Notes: generated by a model from the letters alone, not told the origin. Shown: positions 17,156 through 25,815, counted from the first letter of the stretch. The stretch: DNA of 64,000 nucleotides from Candidatus Colwellbacteria bacterium (GCA_016176525.1 JACOWZ010000003.1:128001-192000); one strand, 5' to 3'. Numbers and translations: made by a program.

Positions 17156-17173
17156 ATCCAAATATTATATATA

Positions 17174-17202
17174 TTGACAATATAATATATTTATGCTAAA
17201 AA
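17174..17202 (+). promoter_or_regulatory. Promoter: TTGACA, 17-nt spacer, TAAAAA
   Basis: Same architecture as 16225. Confidence 0.5.
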
Positions 17203-17239
17203 ATAAGCAGTACTCCAAAAGATAGGGAGTCTGTTGTAG

Positions 17240-17881
17240 ATGAATGGAATGGAACTCGTGAGAACACTGCCGGTTTTAAAGCCGGTTGGAGTGCAGTTCC
17301 AAAAAGACACACTTGGGCAAGAAGAACTGCACCAAAACCTAAGGCATCTAGAAGATGCCGGTGTACCAGATACCGCCGTTAAAGTTGCCGAAACCAAAAA
17401 AGGCAGAGCTATAAGAGTTACGCTCTTAAACGGCATAGATGCACATGGATTGCAGAAAGACAATTCGTGGAAGCTGGGCGTAATCTTAGAGCTAGTGAGA
17501 AGCAAAGACCCGGACGAAAATTACGGAATCGGCCTTGCAGCCGTATACAGGATTCCGTTTGAGTATATCCAGGCACTTTGTTTACACCACAACGGAACCC
17601 GCAAATGGATAGCGCAGCTTAAGCGCAGCAACGCTTATGTTGTGCGAGCAAAAAAAGACGGCACATTAAACTTCTTCCACATTGATGCAAACTTTCCAGA
17701 TGGAAAGGTAAACGCTTTTTTGGAAGAAGACGAAGAACGCAGCCGAACTGATTATGCAGAAAGGCCACAACTCTTTACTGCTTTCGGCTTCGCTTTTCAG
17801 AACATGCAAACGAGACTGCCGGAACAATGGCAGCAATTTAGCCGCAACGGGCAGGCAAAAAGCTCTAGTGAAATTCACTAG
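17240..17881 (+). CDS. Hypothetical protein (213 aa), native-like codon usage
   Basis: ORF with promoter. No motif recognized. Confidence 0.5.
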   Translation: MNGMELVRTLPVLKPVGVQFQKDTLGQEELHQNLRHLEDAGVPDTAVKVAETKKGRAIRVTLLNGIDAHGLQKDNSWKLGVILELVRSKDPDENYGIGLAAVYRIPFEYIQALCLHHNGTRKWIAQLKRSNAYVVRAKKDGTLNFFHIDANFPDGKVNAFLEEDEERSRTDYAERPQLFTAFGFAFQNMQTRLPEQWQQFSRNGQAKSSSEIH

Positions 17882-17927
17882 AGCAATTTTTGTTTTGTAT
17901 TTGATGAAATATTCTAAATAGATAACG

Positions 17928-18527
17928 TTATAGACTAGATTGTTTATCTGCGATTCTCTTTTTAAGATCCGCTATTCTCAACTCCCTGGTGATCATATTT
18001 TTATTGAACTCCTTCAACTTGCTATTTTTCATAGAAATTTCCTTATAAACAGTCTCTAAAGATAAGGTTTCTGTGACTAATTCTTTTTCTATTTTCTTAA
18101 CGCCATCAACTTGCCTAGAAAGCTCTTTGTTTATTTCTCTGAGTTTTGTAGGACTAATTAGTTTTAACATAGAAGGAACGGCAACCGCATATGCGACAAA
18201 TGATGCAAAAGATATAAGACCCGTGCCGAGATCAATCGTACCGGCGAGATAATACGCCGGATAAAAAAATACTAAGGCGTTAATAAAATGGCTGGTGCTG
18301 CACCAAACCCCAAAGACGGTAATAACCAAAAAGACCCATCTAAAAGAGAAATCCTTCCTTTTGATATAGATATAAAAAAGCTCGGCTGGAATAACAAGAT
18401 AAGTGATGCCGATTAAAATATTGGCAATTATAAGCGTCCACATCAGCCCGATATTATTTGGAATAAAATGCGCACTGTGAGGCTCGAACCCGCCGGAGTT
18501 TAATATTAGATTAATAAAATCAAGCAT
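17928..18527 (-). CDS. Ethylene-binding-domain (ETR1 N-terminal)-like membrane sensor with C-terminal coiled coil; no kinase domain
   Basis: IPAELFYIYIKRK...FRWVFLVITVFGVWCSTSHFINAL aligns with ETR1 IPLELIYFVKK...[23 protein letters not shown]. C-x3-H copper ligands conserved. Confidence 0.65.
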   Translation of the reverse strand: MLDFINLILNSGGFEPHSAHFIPNNIGLMWTLIIANILIGITYLVIPAELFYIYIKRKDFSFRWVFLVITVFGVWCSTSHFINALVFFYPAYYLAGTIDLGTGLISFASFVAYAVAVPSMLKLISPTKLREINKELSRQVDGVKKIEKELVTETLSLETVYKEISMKNSKLKEFNKNMITRELRIADLKKRIADKQSSL

Positions 18528-19116
18528 GTTTGTTGTCTATATCAACCAATTGGGCTTCTAATTCTTTGACGGCGCTATCGCGATTCGCCATGATTCTATT
18601 AAAATTTTCCAATTCCTCGTTTTTCAATATCAAATTCTCGCTGGCTTTTTTGAGCTCTTCTTTCTTTACCGCAAGTTCTCCTAATTTAGACTCTCGACTT
18701 TTAATTTCATCAGAGAGAGATTTGTTGGCTTGCTGCATTTGTTCCGGGCTTACCAAACTAACAATGATAGGCAAGAAGTAAAGCATAGCTACCGCGGTCG
18801 CGGCCGAAACCAAAAAAGTTACGACGCTGATTATCGCCTGCAGATAATATGCCGGATACCAGAAGATAAGAACATGCATTAAATGGGTAAGGCCGCATAA
18901 GAAGATAAAAGCCCCGAAAAGCAAAACCATCCAGTTCAGATACAAATCCCTTCTTTTTCTAACGAAATATATGATTACAACCGGGATTAAGAGATAAGCC
19001 AAGAAACTGAAGGCATTCCCATACACCGACAGATCCATTGCAATCGGAGTATCAAAAAAGTGTGCTCTATGAGGTTCAAAAACAGAACCATCAAAAATTA
19101 ATTTAAGAAAGTCCAT
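18520..19116 (-). CDS. Ethylene-binding-domain-like membrane sensor, paralog 2. Start moved to the Met matching the paralog's N-terminus; the track's start at 19173 is GTG.
   Basis: IPVVIIYFVRKRR...NWMVLLFGAFIFLCGLTHLMHVL; Cys/His spacing as in ETR1. Extended -10 TGgTATAAT upstream. Confidence 0.65.
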   Translation of the reverse strand: MDFLKLIFDGSVFEPHRAHFFDTPIAMDLSVYGNAFSFLAYLLIPVVIIYFVRKRRDLYLNWMVLLFGAFIFLCGLTHLMHVLIFWYPAYYLQAIISVVTFLVSAATAVAMLYFLPIIVSLVSPEQMQQANKSLSDEIKSRESKLGELAVKKEELKKASENLILKNEELENFNRIMANRDSAVKELEAQLVDIDNKHA

Positions 19117-19278
19117 AGTAGAATACACAAAAAAATTATACCACGCGCTATTTAATAACAATCTAAAAAACACAACAGAAATCCGGTTTTGAATAATTTC
19201 CTATTCACCCCGACGCTACGTCGGGGCAAGCGGGAAACTCCCGTTTCCCGATCCCTTCCCAGTTCGATTCCCTATAAA

Positions 19279-19312
19279 TATAGAAACTTCACAATTATGT
19301 GAAGTTTCTATA
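19279..19312. terminator. Strong palindromic hairpin (13-14-bp perfect stem) downstream of tRNA-Glu
   Basis: TAGAAACTTCACA att ATGTGAAGTTTCTA. Confidence 0.6.
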
Positions 19313-19318
19313 TTTCAG

Positions 19319-19390
19319 TAGTCCCAAGGGGAATCGAACCCCTATTTGCGCCGTGAAAGGGCGCTGTCCTAGCCGTTAGACGATGAGACC
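19319..19390 (-). tRNA. tRNA-Glu (anticodon UUC)
   Basis: Hand fold: anticodon stem GCGCC/GGCGC, loop CTTTCAC, T-loop TTCGATT. Confidence 0.65.
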
Positions 19391-19440
19391 TTACGCATTG
19401 AATCGTATATAAAAATATTTTGTTTGTCTATTATAAAAAT

Positions 19441-20094
19441 AATAGCCGGGTAGGATGCGCGCAAAGCTCTCCTCCCGGCTTTTGTGATAGGGATGCACTC
19501 ATCTTGCGGTTGCAAGACCCTCATAGTTCGCCCAAGATTCTATCGGAGCATGTACACGTTGCCGATTACTCTGTCATCTCCGAAGAGACGACGGTGGTAG
19601 CTCTTGGTTTTTATTTTTGAGGTGTCCAGCGTGTTGTGCTGGATTTAAGGCCCTGTGATTCCGGCTCGGATTAATCCTGTTGCTACTCCCTTCGGATTTA
19701 CAACAAGATTCACACCAAGCATTTGCCCTTGCTCCGCTGCTGACGGATGGGCCGCCTTTATCTTGATCTGCGATTGGGTAATTCTGCTAGCATGCTTCCT
19801 TTTACCCTATTTCGCACGTCGCTTCCAAAGCTGCTTCAAGGTTTAACCCGGAGGGTTGCTCCTTGGAGCCGCATAGCGTGGCGCTTTTAGCTTTAGCCTT
19901 TCGGCTTTGGCTTTTGGGCGTTGTTGCGCTATGGGTAGCGGCGCTTAATCAAGATTCAGCCAGGTTCGGACCTTAGACCTATCGGTCGGGTTCTTGCCTG
20001 GGTTCCCGTTCTTCTAAGTATTTTTTAGGTACTTAGGAAACGGGTTAGGCTACGGATGTCACTGTGATGTTAGGTGCTTTCGCTCTCTATCGGT
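19441..20094 (-). ncRNA. Putative large structured noncoding RNA (~650 nt), identity unknown
   Basis: No ORF >66 aa on either strand. Minus-strand promoter (TTGACA-16-TAATAT) at 20102-20121. Hairpin plus U-run terminator at 19454-19492 read on the minus strand. Several GNRA (GCGAAAGC, GCCGAAAGGC) and UUCG (UCUCUUCGGAGA) tetraloop hairpins. Confidence 0.3.
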
Positions 20095-20101
20095 ACTCAC
20101 T

Positions 20102-20121
20102 ATATTACTCTCGCTAAAAAA
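20102..20121 (-). promoter_or_regulatory. Near-consensus promoter on the minus strand driving the ORF-free region
   Basis: The reverse complement reads TTGACAgcttttttagcgagagTAATAT. Confidence 0.5.
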
Positions 20122-20267
20122 GCTGTCAATACCCCCAAAATCGCGAAAAATAGGGCTTTTTACCCTATAAAATGAATAACTTGTTTAGAACCCTGTGGAA
20201 AATTTGTGGAAAAATCGGCACTTTTTGGCTTTGCTTTCCATGAGAATCCAATTAACATATAGCTACT

Positions 20268-21296
20268 ATGCGGATTTTAGCAATAGAAACATCTTGCGAC
20301 GAGAGTGCAATAGCGTTGGTTGAGGCGACTGGAACTCTAATCAGGAATCCCCGCTTCAACGTGCTCGCTAACCTAATATCGTCTCAAGTAAAAGTACATC
20401 GCCCATTCGGCGGCGTAGTGCCAAACTTAGCAAAAAGAGAACATATTAAAAATTTGCCTCTGCTTCTACAGCAACTAGAAACTAAAAACTTAAAACTAGA
20501 AACCATTGACTTAATCGTAGTCACTGTAGGCCCTGGGCTTGAACCGGCGCTTTGGACAGGAATAAACTTTGCCGAAGATTTAGCTAAGAAACTAGAGAAA
20601 TCCATCTTGGGAGTAAATCACCTAGAAGGACACCTCTACAGCTTTTTATTGGAGCAAAAAGCTGGCTTACAGTTTCCGGCAATGGTGTTGTCTGTAAGTG
20701 GAGGACACACTATGTTAATTCATTTGGAAAAGCTCGGGCAAGCTAAAAAAATAGGCGAAACGCGCGACGACGCCGCAGGCGAGGCGTTTGATAAAGTTGC
20801 CCGCCTTCTTGGTTTGCCCTACCCCGGCGGGCCGGAGATTGAAAAATTAGCTAAAAAAGGCGACGAAAACGCAATAGATTTTCCGCGCCCGATGATACAC
20901 CAAAAGAACTTTGACTTTAGCTTCTCCGGCATAAAAACATCTGTTCTTTATTATATTAGAGACTTAAAACTGAAAACTTTAAACTTAAAACAAAAGGCGG
21001 ATATAGCCGCGAGCTTTCAGAAAGCGGTTTCAGAAACGCTTGTTGCAAAAACAATACGCGCTGCAGAAGAATTTGGAGTAAAATCAATTGCCCTTGTGGG
21101 AGGCGTTTCGGCAAATAAATATTTAACTAAAAAAATGGAAAAGGCAGCCAAGAATATTGGACTCGCATTTACCTCGCCACAGCTCCAATTCAATACCGAC
21201 AACGCCGCAATGATAGCCGCAGCGGCCTACATTAATACTTTAAAAAAGAAAAAAATAAAAAATAAAATTGAGGCAAATTCTAATTTAAATTTGTAA
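20268..21296 (+). CDS. tsaD: tRNA N6-adenosine threonylcarbamoyltransferase TsaD (Kae1/YgjD family)
   Basis: ETSCDE..., GVNHLEGH, VSGGHT motifs. Confidence 0.85.
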   Translation: MRILAIETSCDESAIALVEATGTLIRNPRFNVLANLISSQVKVHRPFGGVVPNLAKREHIKNLPLLLQQLETKNLKLETIDLIVVTVGPGLEPALWTGINFAEDLAKKLEKSILGVNHLEGHLYSFLLEQKAGLQFPAMVLSVSGGHTMLIHLEKLGQAKKIGETRDDAAGEAFDKVARLLGLPYPGGPEIEKLAKKGDENAIDFPRPMIHQKNFDFSFSGIKTSVLYYIRDLKLKTLNLKQKADIAASFQKAVSETLVAKTIRAAEEFGVKSIALVGGVSANKYLTKKMEKAAKNIGLAFTSPQLQFNTDNAAMIAAAAYINTLKKKKIKNKIEANSNLNL

Positions 21297-21313
21297 TAAA
21301 AAACCCAACTATT

Positions 21314-21952
21314 TTAGTTAGGTTTGGCGATTACTACAGTTCCCTCGACGCGAAGCTGCTGCTCCGGTATCACAAAGGCATTTATGTAGACTGGGCCTTG
21401 AATTACCTGAATCGTAGGAAGTGGTATCACCCAGAGCCACGAAGTCTCGTTTCTGCCTATCGGCTGCACTGGACCAATAAGCGCGAGAGGCGAACGACCC
21501 TTGGGCCAATCAGAGATCAATCTCCAGTCGGTCGAACCATCGGTCGCATTAATAGACTTGGCCCAAATACTTAGACCAAATCGTTCCGTGGTTGGAGAAA
21601 CCGCGCTCCATGTCATTGTAAAGTTCGCCTGGGTTATGTTCCCTAAAGGAAGCTCCAGTGACGGATTGGCGGTTTGCCCAAAAACGCTGCTGGTGCTAAA
21701 ACACTCGACCACCAAACAGCCAGCCACATAGGTCTGCATTTTTGCATCCCAGGGCCCAACCTCAATTGTTTTAGTCGAAGTTTCATTATCCTTGGTTGTT
21801 GAGTCTGCGTTAGCCGTGGCCGACACCGAAGTTACAGCCGCAACAACATTTTCCGAGCCGTTTTCTGAGCCGGAGAATTCATCATTGCCGCCTACGCACC
21901 CGGAAAGAGAAAGCGCAGCTGCGATAACTACGGTCACTGCTTGTTTTGTCAT
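21314..21952 (-). CDS. Hypothetical lipoprotein
   Basis: Signal peptide with lipobox LSLSGC. Confidence 0.55.
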   Translation of the reverse strand: MTKQAVTVVIAAALSLSGCVGGNDEFSGSENGSENVVAAVTSVSATANADSTTKDNETSTKTIEVGPWDAKMQTYVAGCLVVECFSTSSVFGQTANPSLELPLGNITQANFTMTWSAVSPTTERFGLSIWAKSINATDGSTDWRLISDWPKGRSPLALIGPVQPIGRNETSWLWVIPLPTIQVIQGPVYINAFVIPEQQLRVEGTVVIAKPN

Positions 21953-22057
21953 TTTTCATCGTATCCTTGTTCTAAAAGAGCTGAAATTAGGGTATTAAAC
22001 CGACTGGCGCGTGTCAACCCCTGAAGATTTTGATTTTTAATTTTTAAACCTTACACT

Positions 22058-24181
22058 TTGTATACAGATAAAGATATGGAATCCCGCTACGATTTTAAAG
22101 TAATAGAAGAGAAAAATTACAAACTTTGGGAAAAGTCGGGTTTTTTTAATCCGGATAAACTCCCCGCTTCGCACAAAAAACCCTTCACAATAATAATGCC
22201 TCCGCCAAATGCAAATGGGCGGCTCCATGCCGGGCACGCACTCTTTATTACGCTTCAAGACATTGTCACCCGCTATAAACGTATGCGCGGTTATAAAGCC
22301 CTATGGGCTCCGGGCGCAGACCATGCAGGCTTTGAAACGCAAATTGTTTATGAAAAGAAATTAGAAAAAGAGGGGCGCTCTCGTTTTAAAATGACTCCGG
22401 ACGAACTCTTTAAAGAAATTATGGCCTTTACGCTTGAAAACAAAAAATATATGGAGGAAGACGTCCGTAAGCTTGGAGCCTCCTGCGACTGGTCAAGAGA
22501 AAAATTCACTCTTGATAAAGATGTGATTAAAGAAACTCAAAATACATTTAAGAAGATGTATGACGACGGATTGGTCTACCGCGGCAACCGCATTGTTAAT
22601 TGGTGCCCAAAACACCAAACATCACTATCTGACGTAGAAACCGAAAGCGTTGAAGAAAAATCTAAGCTTTATTACCTAAAATACGGCCCATTTACAATAG
22701 CAACCGCAAGGCCAGAGACAAAATTTGCAGATAAATATGTAGTAATGCACCCTAGCGACGCGCGTTACAAAAAATGGAAAGACGGCGACAAAATTGAAGT
22801 TAACTGGTTGAACGGCAAGGTAACAGCAACTATTATCAAAGATCCGGTTATAGATATGGACTTCGGAACCGGGGTTATGACTATGACACCATGGCACTCG
22901 CAAGTTGACTTTGATATAGCAGAAAAACACAAACTTGATATAGAACAAATTATAGACTGGAGAGGTAAACTACTGCCTATAGCCCACGAATTTGAAGGAA
23001 TGAAAATCGGCGAGGCGCGAGAGAAAATTGTAGAAAAACTAGAAAAGATGGGGCTAGTAGAGAAGATAGATGAAAATTACAGCAACGTTCTAAAAAAATG
23101 CTACAAGTGCTTAAACCCAATAGAGCCGCAGGTTCGCCCGCAATGGTTTGTAAAAATGAAGCCGCTCGCAGAGCTTGCCATAAAGGCAGTGAAATCAGGA
23201 GAGGTTAAATTTATCCCAGAAAACTACGAGAAAATTTTCTTGTACTGGATGGAAAACACAATTGACTGGAATATATCTCGTCAAATTGTGTGGGGTATAA
23301 AAATTCCTGCGAAGATTTGCGACAAATGCGGCAACGGAATTCCTGATTTAGAAGATAAATTATCTCAATGTGAAAATTGCAGCGGTGAACTGCGCGAAGA
23401 CAGCGACACATTTGACACCTGGTTTTCGTCCGGGCAATGGCCACTACTCGTTTTAGGCTACCCGAATGGAAAAGACTTTAAAAAATATTATCCAACTGAT
23501 GTTATGGAAACCGGGCACGATTTGATATTTAAATGGGTTCCGCGAATGGTAATATTCGGGCTCTATCTTACAAAAAAAGTTCCATTCCACACAGTTTATC
23601 TGCATGGACTTGTAAATGACGCCCAGGGCAGAAAAATGAGCAAGAGTAAAGGGAATGTTATAAATCCAATTGAACTTACGGAAAAATATGGAGTAGACGC
23701 GCTGCGTATGGCGCTTATCGTTGGCAACACCCCGGGAACTGATTTAGCTCTTTCAGAAGATAAAATCCGCGGTTACAGAAACTTTGGTACAAAAATTTGG
23801 AATATAGCACGGTTTATAATATCAAACCTAAAAGATAGTGATATAAAACCGAAGCTTTCCCAAGAAGACAAAAAGAATTTAAAAGAGCTGGAAGATGTAA
23901 AAGCTAAAATAACAAAATTAATTGATAAATATGACTTTAATCAGTCTTCTTATGAGATTTACCACTATGTCTGGCACACTTTTGCGGACAAAATTATTGA
24001 AAGTTATAAGCCGAGGCTTGCCGCAGAAGAGAGTGCAGGCCGCGCAGCAGCCCAAGAAACACTGTTAAAAATACTGGAGGGCTCTTTAAAAATGCTCCAC
24101 CCGTTTGTGCCGTTTGTTACAGAAGAAATCTGGAGCAAGCTGCCTGATAGGAAAAACCCTATTATAATAGAAAGGTGGTAA
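22058..24181 (+). CDS. valS: Valyl-tRNA synthetase (short form, no C-terminal coiled coil)
   Basis: PPPNANGRLHAGHA (HIGH), KMSKS, DTWFSSGQWP motifs. Confidence 0.75.
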   Translation: MYTDKDMESRYDFKVIEEKNYKLWEKSGFFNPDKLPASHKKPFTIIMPPPNANGRLHAGHALFITLQDIVTRYKRMRGYKALWAPGADHAGFETQIVYEKKLEKEGRSRFKMTPDELFKEIMAFTLENKKYMEEDVRKLGASCDWSREKFTLDKDVIKETQNTFKKMYDDGLVYRGNRIVNWCPKHQTSLSDVETESVEEKSKLYYLKYGPFTIATARPETKFADKYVVMHPSDARYKKWKDGDKIEVNWLNGKVTATIIKDPVIDMDFGTGVMTMTPWHSQVDFDIAEKHKLDIEQIIDWRGKLLPIAHEFEGMKIGEAREKIVEKLEKMGLVEKIDENYSNVLKKCYKCLNPIEPQVRPQWFVKMKPLAELAIKAVKSGEVKFIPENYEKIFLYWMENTIDWNISRQIVWGIKIPAKICDKCGNGIPDLEDKLSQCENCSGELREDSDTFDTWFSSGQWPLLVLGYPNGKDFKKYYPTDVMETGHDLIFKWVPRMVIFGLYLTKKVPFHTVYLHGLVNDAQGRKMSKSKGNVINPIELTEKYGVDALRMALIVGNTPGTDLALSEDKIRGYRNFGTKIWNIARFIISNLKDSDIKPKLSQEDKKNLKELEDVKAKITKLIDKYDFNQSSYEIYHYVWHTFADKIIESYKPRLAAEESAGRAAAQETLLKILEGSLKMLHPFVPFVTEEIWSKLPDRKNPIIIERW

Positions 24182-24846
24182 ACGCTTATACAATTTGGGT
24201 TGCAATATTCGCGGTTATACCGCCTATACTTTGGCTCTTATTCTTTTTGCGGCAAGATAAGCTAAAACCCGAACCGCCGTGGGTACTCTCTAGAGTTTTT
24301 ATTGCAGGCGCAGTTTCCGCTTGGCTTGCCGGAATTCTGCAACTATATCTTATTGCCCGCTACCCGCAATTTAATGGGCTTCTCTCTGCAAGCTTATTCA
24401 CACTCCAACCTATAATTTTGGTTGGGCTTATAGGCCTTGCTTTTATTGAAGAGGTATTTAAATTCGTAGCAGTGTATATCACTGCCTCAAAAAGCAAATA
24501 CTTTGATGAATCAATAGACAGAATGATTTATATGATAACCGGCTCTTTGGGGTTTGCCGCGTTTGAGAATATTTTATATCTGCTCTCCGCAGGCGAGAGC
24601 TTTGTAAGCGTAAACATTTTTAGGGCAATCGGGGCAATACTCTTGCACGCCGTGGCCGGTGGATTTATCGGCTACTACTGGTCAAAAGGCAAAATAATTT
24701 TAGGCATAGTGCTTGCTGTTATAATCCATGCACTTTTCAATTATCTGCTGATTTATTCCGGCAACACGCTATATGCCGTAATGGCACTCACAATCTTTGC
24801 GCTTTTACTCTTTAAGGATTTTGCTATAATTAGAAGAAATGTATAA
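24175..24846 (+). CDS. PrsW/CPBP-like intramembrane metalloprotease
   Basis: EE..K, FEN..Y and H...N motifs in a polytopic membrane protein. Confidence 0.5.
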   Translation: MVNAYTIWVAIFAVIPPILWLLFFLRQDKLKPEPPWVLSRVFIAGAVSAWLAGILQLYLIARYPQFNGLLSASLFTLQPIILVGLIGLAFIEEVFKFVAVYITASKSKYFDESIDRMIYMITGSLGFAAFENILYLLSAGESFVSVNIFRAIGAILLHAVAGGFIGYYWSKGKIILGIVLAVIIHALFNYLLIYSGNTLYAVMALTIFALLLFKDFAIIRRNV

Positions 24847-25210
24847 CGAAGAGAGTTTAGAGAAAATAACTGATGAAGGCGAGGGCCAGTTGGCGGTTGA
24901 TGTCTACCAAACGCCAAATGAAATTATAATTGAGTCCACTATTGCAGGCGTAAAGCCGGACGACATAGAAGTTGATGTAACAGGAGAGTCTGTAACAATA
25001 CGCGGGGAGCGCCACCAAGAAGACACAATAGACGAGAGTGACTATTTCTACCGCGAGTGTTTTTGGGGCAGGTTTTCGCGCTCAATAATACTGCCGCAAG
25101 AGGTAGACCCAGAAAAAGCGCATTCAACTCTAAAAAATGGCGTGCTTACAATTAAGCTGCCAAAAATCTATAGGGGTTCTTCGCGCAAAATCAAAGTAAA
25201 AGCTGAATAA
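24839..25210 (+). CDS. Hsp20 / alpha-crystallin small heat-shock protein
   Basis: ACD core (...VTIRGER...GRFSRSIILP...GVLTIKLPK). Confidence 0.8.
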   Translation: MYNEESLEKITDEGEGQLAVDVYQTPNEIIIESTIAGVKPDDIEVDVTGESVTIRGERHQEDTIDESDYFYRECFWGRFSRSIILPQEVDPEKAHSTLKNGVLTIKLPKIYRGSSRKIKVKAE

Positions 25211-25218
25211 AAAACGAA

Positions 25219-25815
25219 TTAATCGGCAATACTAAACTCAATACTCGGATTGAGGGTTTTAATCTTTTCTACCGGAATTACATAAGCGGACTCAGGCTGG
25301 GTGATTAAAACAGACAATCCATCCATCTTTTCTCCCAGATTCATAAGCTTAGAAAGAAAATCAGTAATTCTTTTTTCTTCGTTATACAGCAAAAAAGCCA
25401 TTACAGAGTCAACAAACAAAAACTTTTTCTCGGATTTTATATTATTTATAGCTTCGGTGGCGCATTTATAGATATCATCCAGAGAAAACGGCCCTTCAAC
25501 AAAATCAACCCCATTTATATTGGTAACACCCTTTTCTGCAACTCCGTATGACACGGAAATTGCGTCAATTACCATAATATTGTCCGCCCAATGGATGCCG
25601 CGATCTTTTATCTGTTGCATAAACTCCGTGGCGCTTTTGAACGCGCTTAATAAAACACCTTTATAGCCCATAGAGATAAGTTCGGAGAGAACCCTGGAGG
25701 TTATTTCAAAATCGTCTCGGAGCGCGGCCTTTATAGTAATGATTCTTGGATTTTGAACCAAGGCTTTTTGAAGCTCAGACTCTATTTCCTTCTTTTTAAT
25801 TGCCTTCTGTAACAT
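25219..25815 (-). CDS. Hypothetical protein with degenerate RecA/KaiC-like fold lacking a P-loop; downstream partner of the KaiC-like ATPase
   Basis: hhhhDS segment (FLFVDSVMAFLL) and overall pattern resemble a KaiC domain. No GxxGxGKT. Confidence 0.4.
   Translation of the reverse strand: MLQKAIKKKEIESELQKALVQNPRIITIKAALRDDFEITSRVLSELISMGYKGVLLSAFKSATEFMQQIKDRGIHWADNIMVIDAISVSYGVAEKGVTNINGVDFVEGPFSLDDIYKCATEAINNIKSEKKFLFVDSVMAFLLYNEEKRITDFLSKLMNLGEKMDGLSVLITQPESAYVIPVEKIKTLNPSIEFSIAD

Larger units (their letters stand above)
15267..17156. mobile_element. Putative horizontally acquired island / degraded integrative element at tRNA-Arg; no integrase present
   Basis: Duplicated tRNA 3' end. 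Two ORFs with far higher GC and GC3 than the rest of the window. Perfect 25-bp palindrome CCGATTTTTAAGCTTCAAAAATCGG at 15336-15360. Confidence 0.4.

Noticed and set aside
16253-17161. 302-aa minus-strand ORF overlapping island gene B
   Set aside because: High-GC DNA gives long stop-free antisense frames. The sense strand has a promoter, Shine-Dalgarno and terminator, the antisense has none.
19195-19270. Possible tRNA or pseudo-tRNA because of an AGTTCGATTCC T-loop-like string
   Set aside because: No acceptor or anticodon arms can be folded in either orientation. Interpreted instead as palindromic operator-like hairpins.
19441-20094. Assignment of the ORF-free region to RNase P RNA, tmRNA, SRP RNA or 5S rRNA
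   Set aside because: Looked for P4 strands (GGAAAGUCCGGGC / ACAGAACCCGGCU), GUAAGAGCGCACC, a tmRNA tag reading frame ending GCUGCUUAA with a tRNA-like 3' end, the SRP GGAAGGAAGCAGC loop and the 5S CCGAACUCAGAAGUGAAAC. Only loose partial resemblances were found, so no class is claimed.
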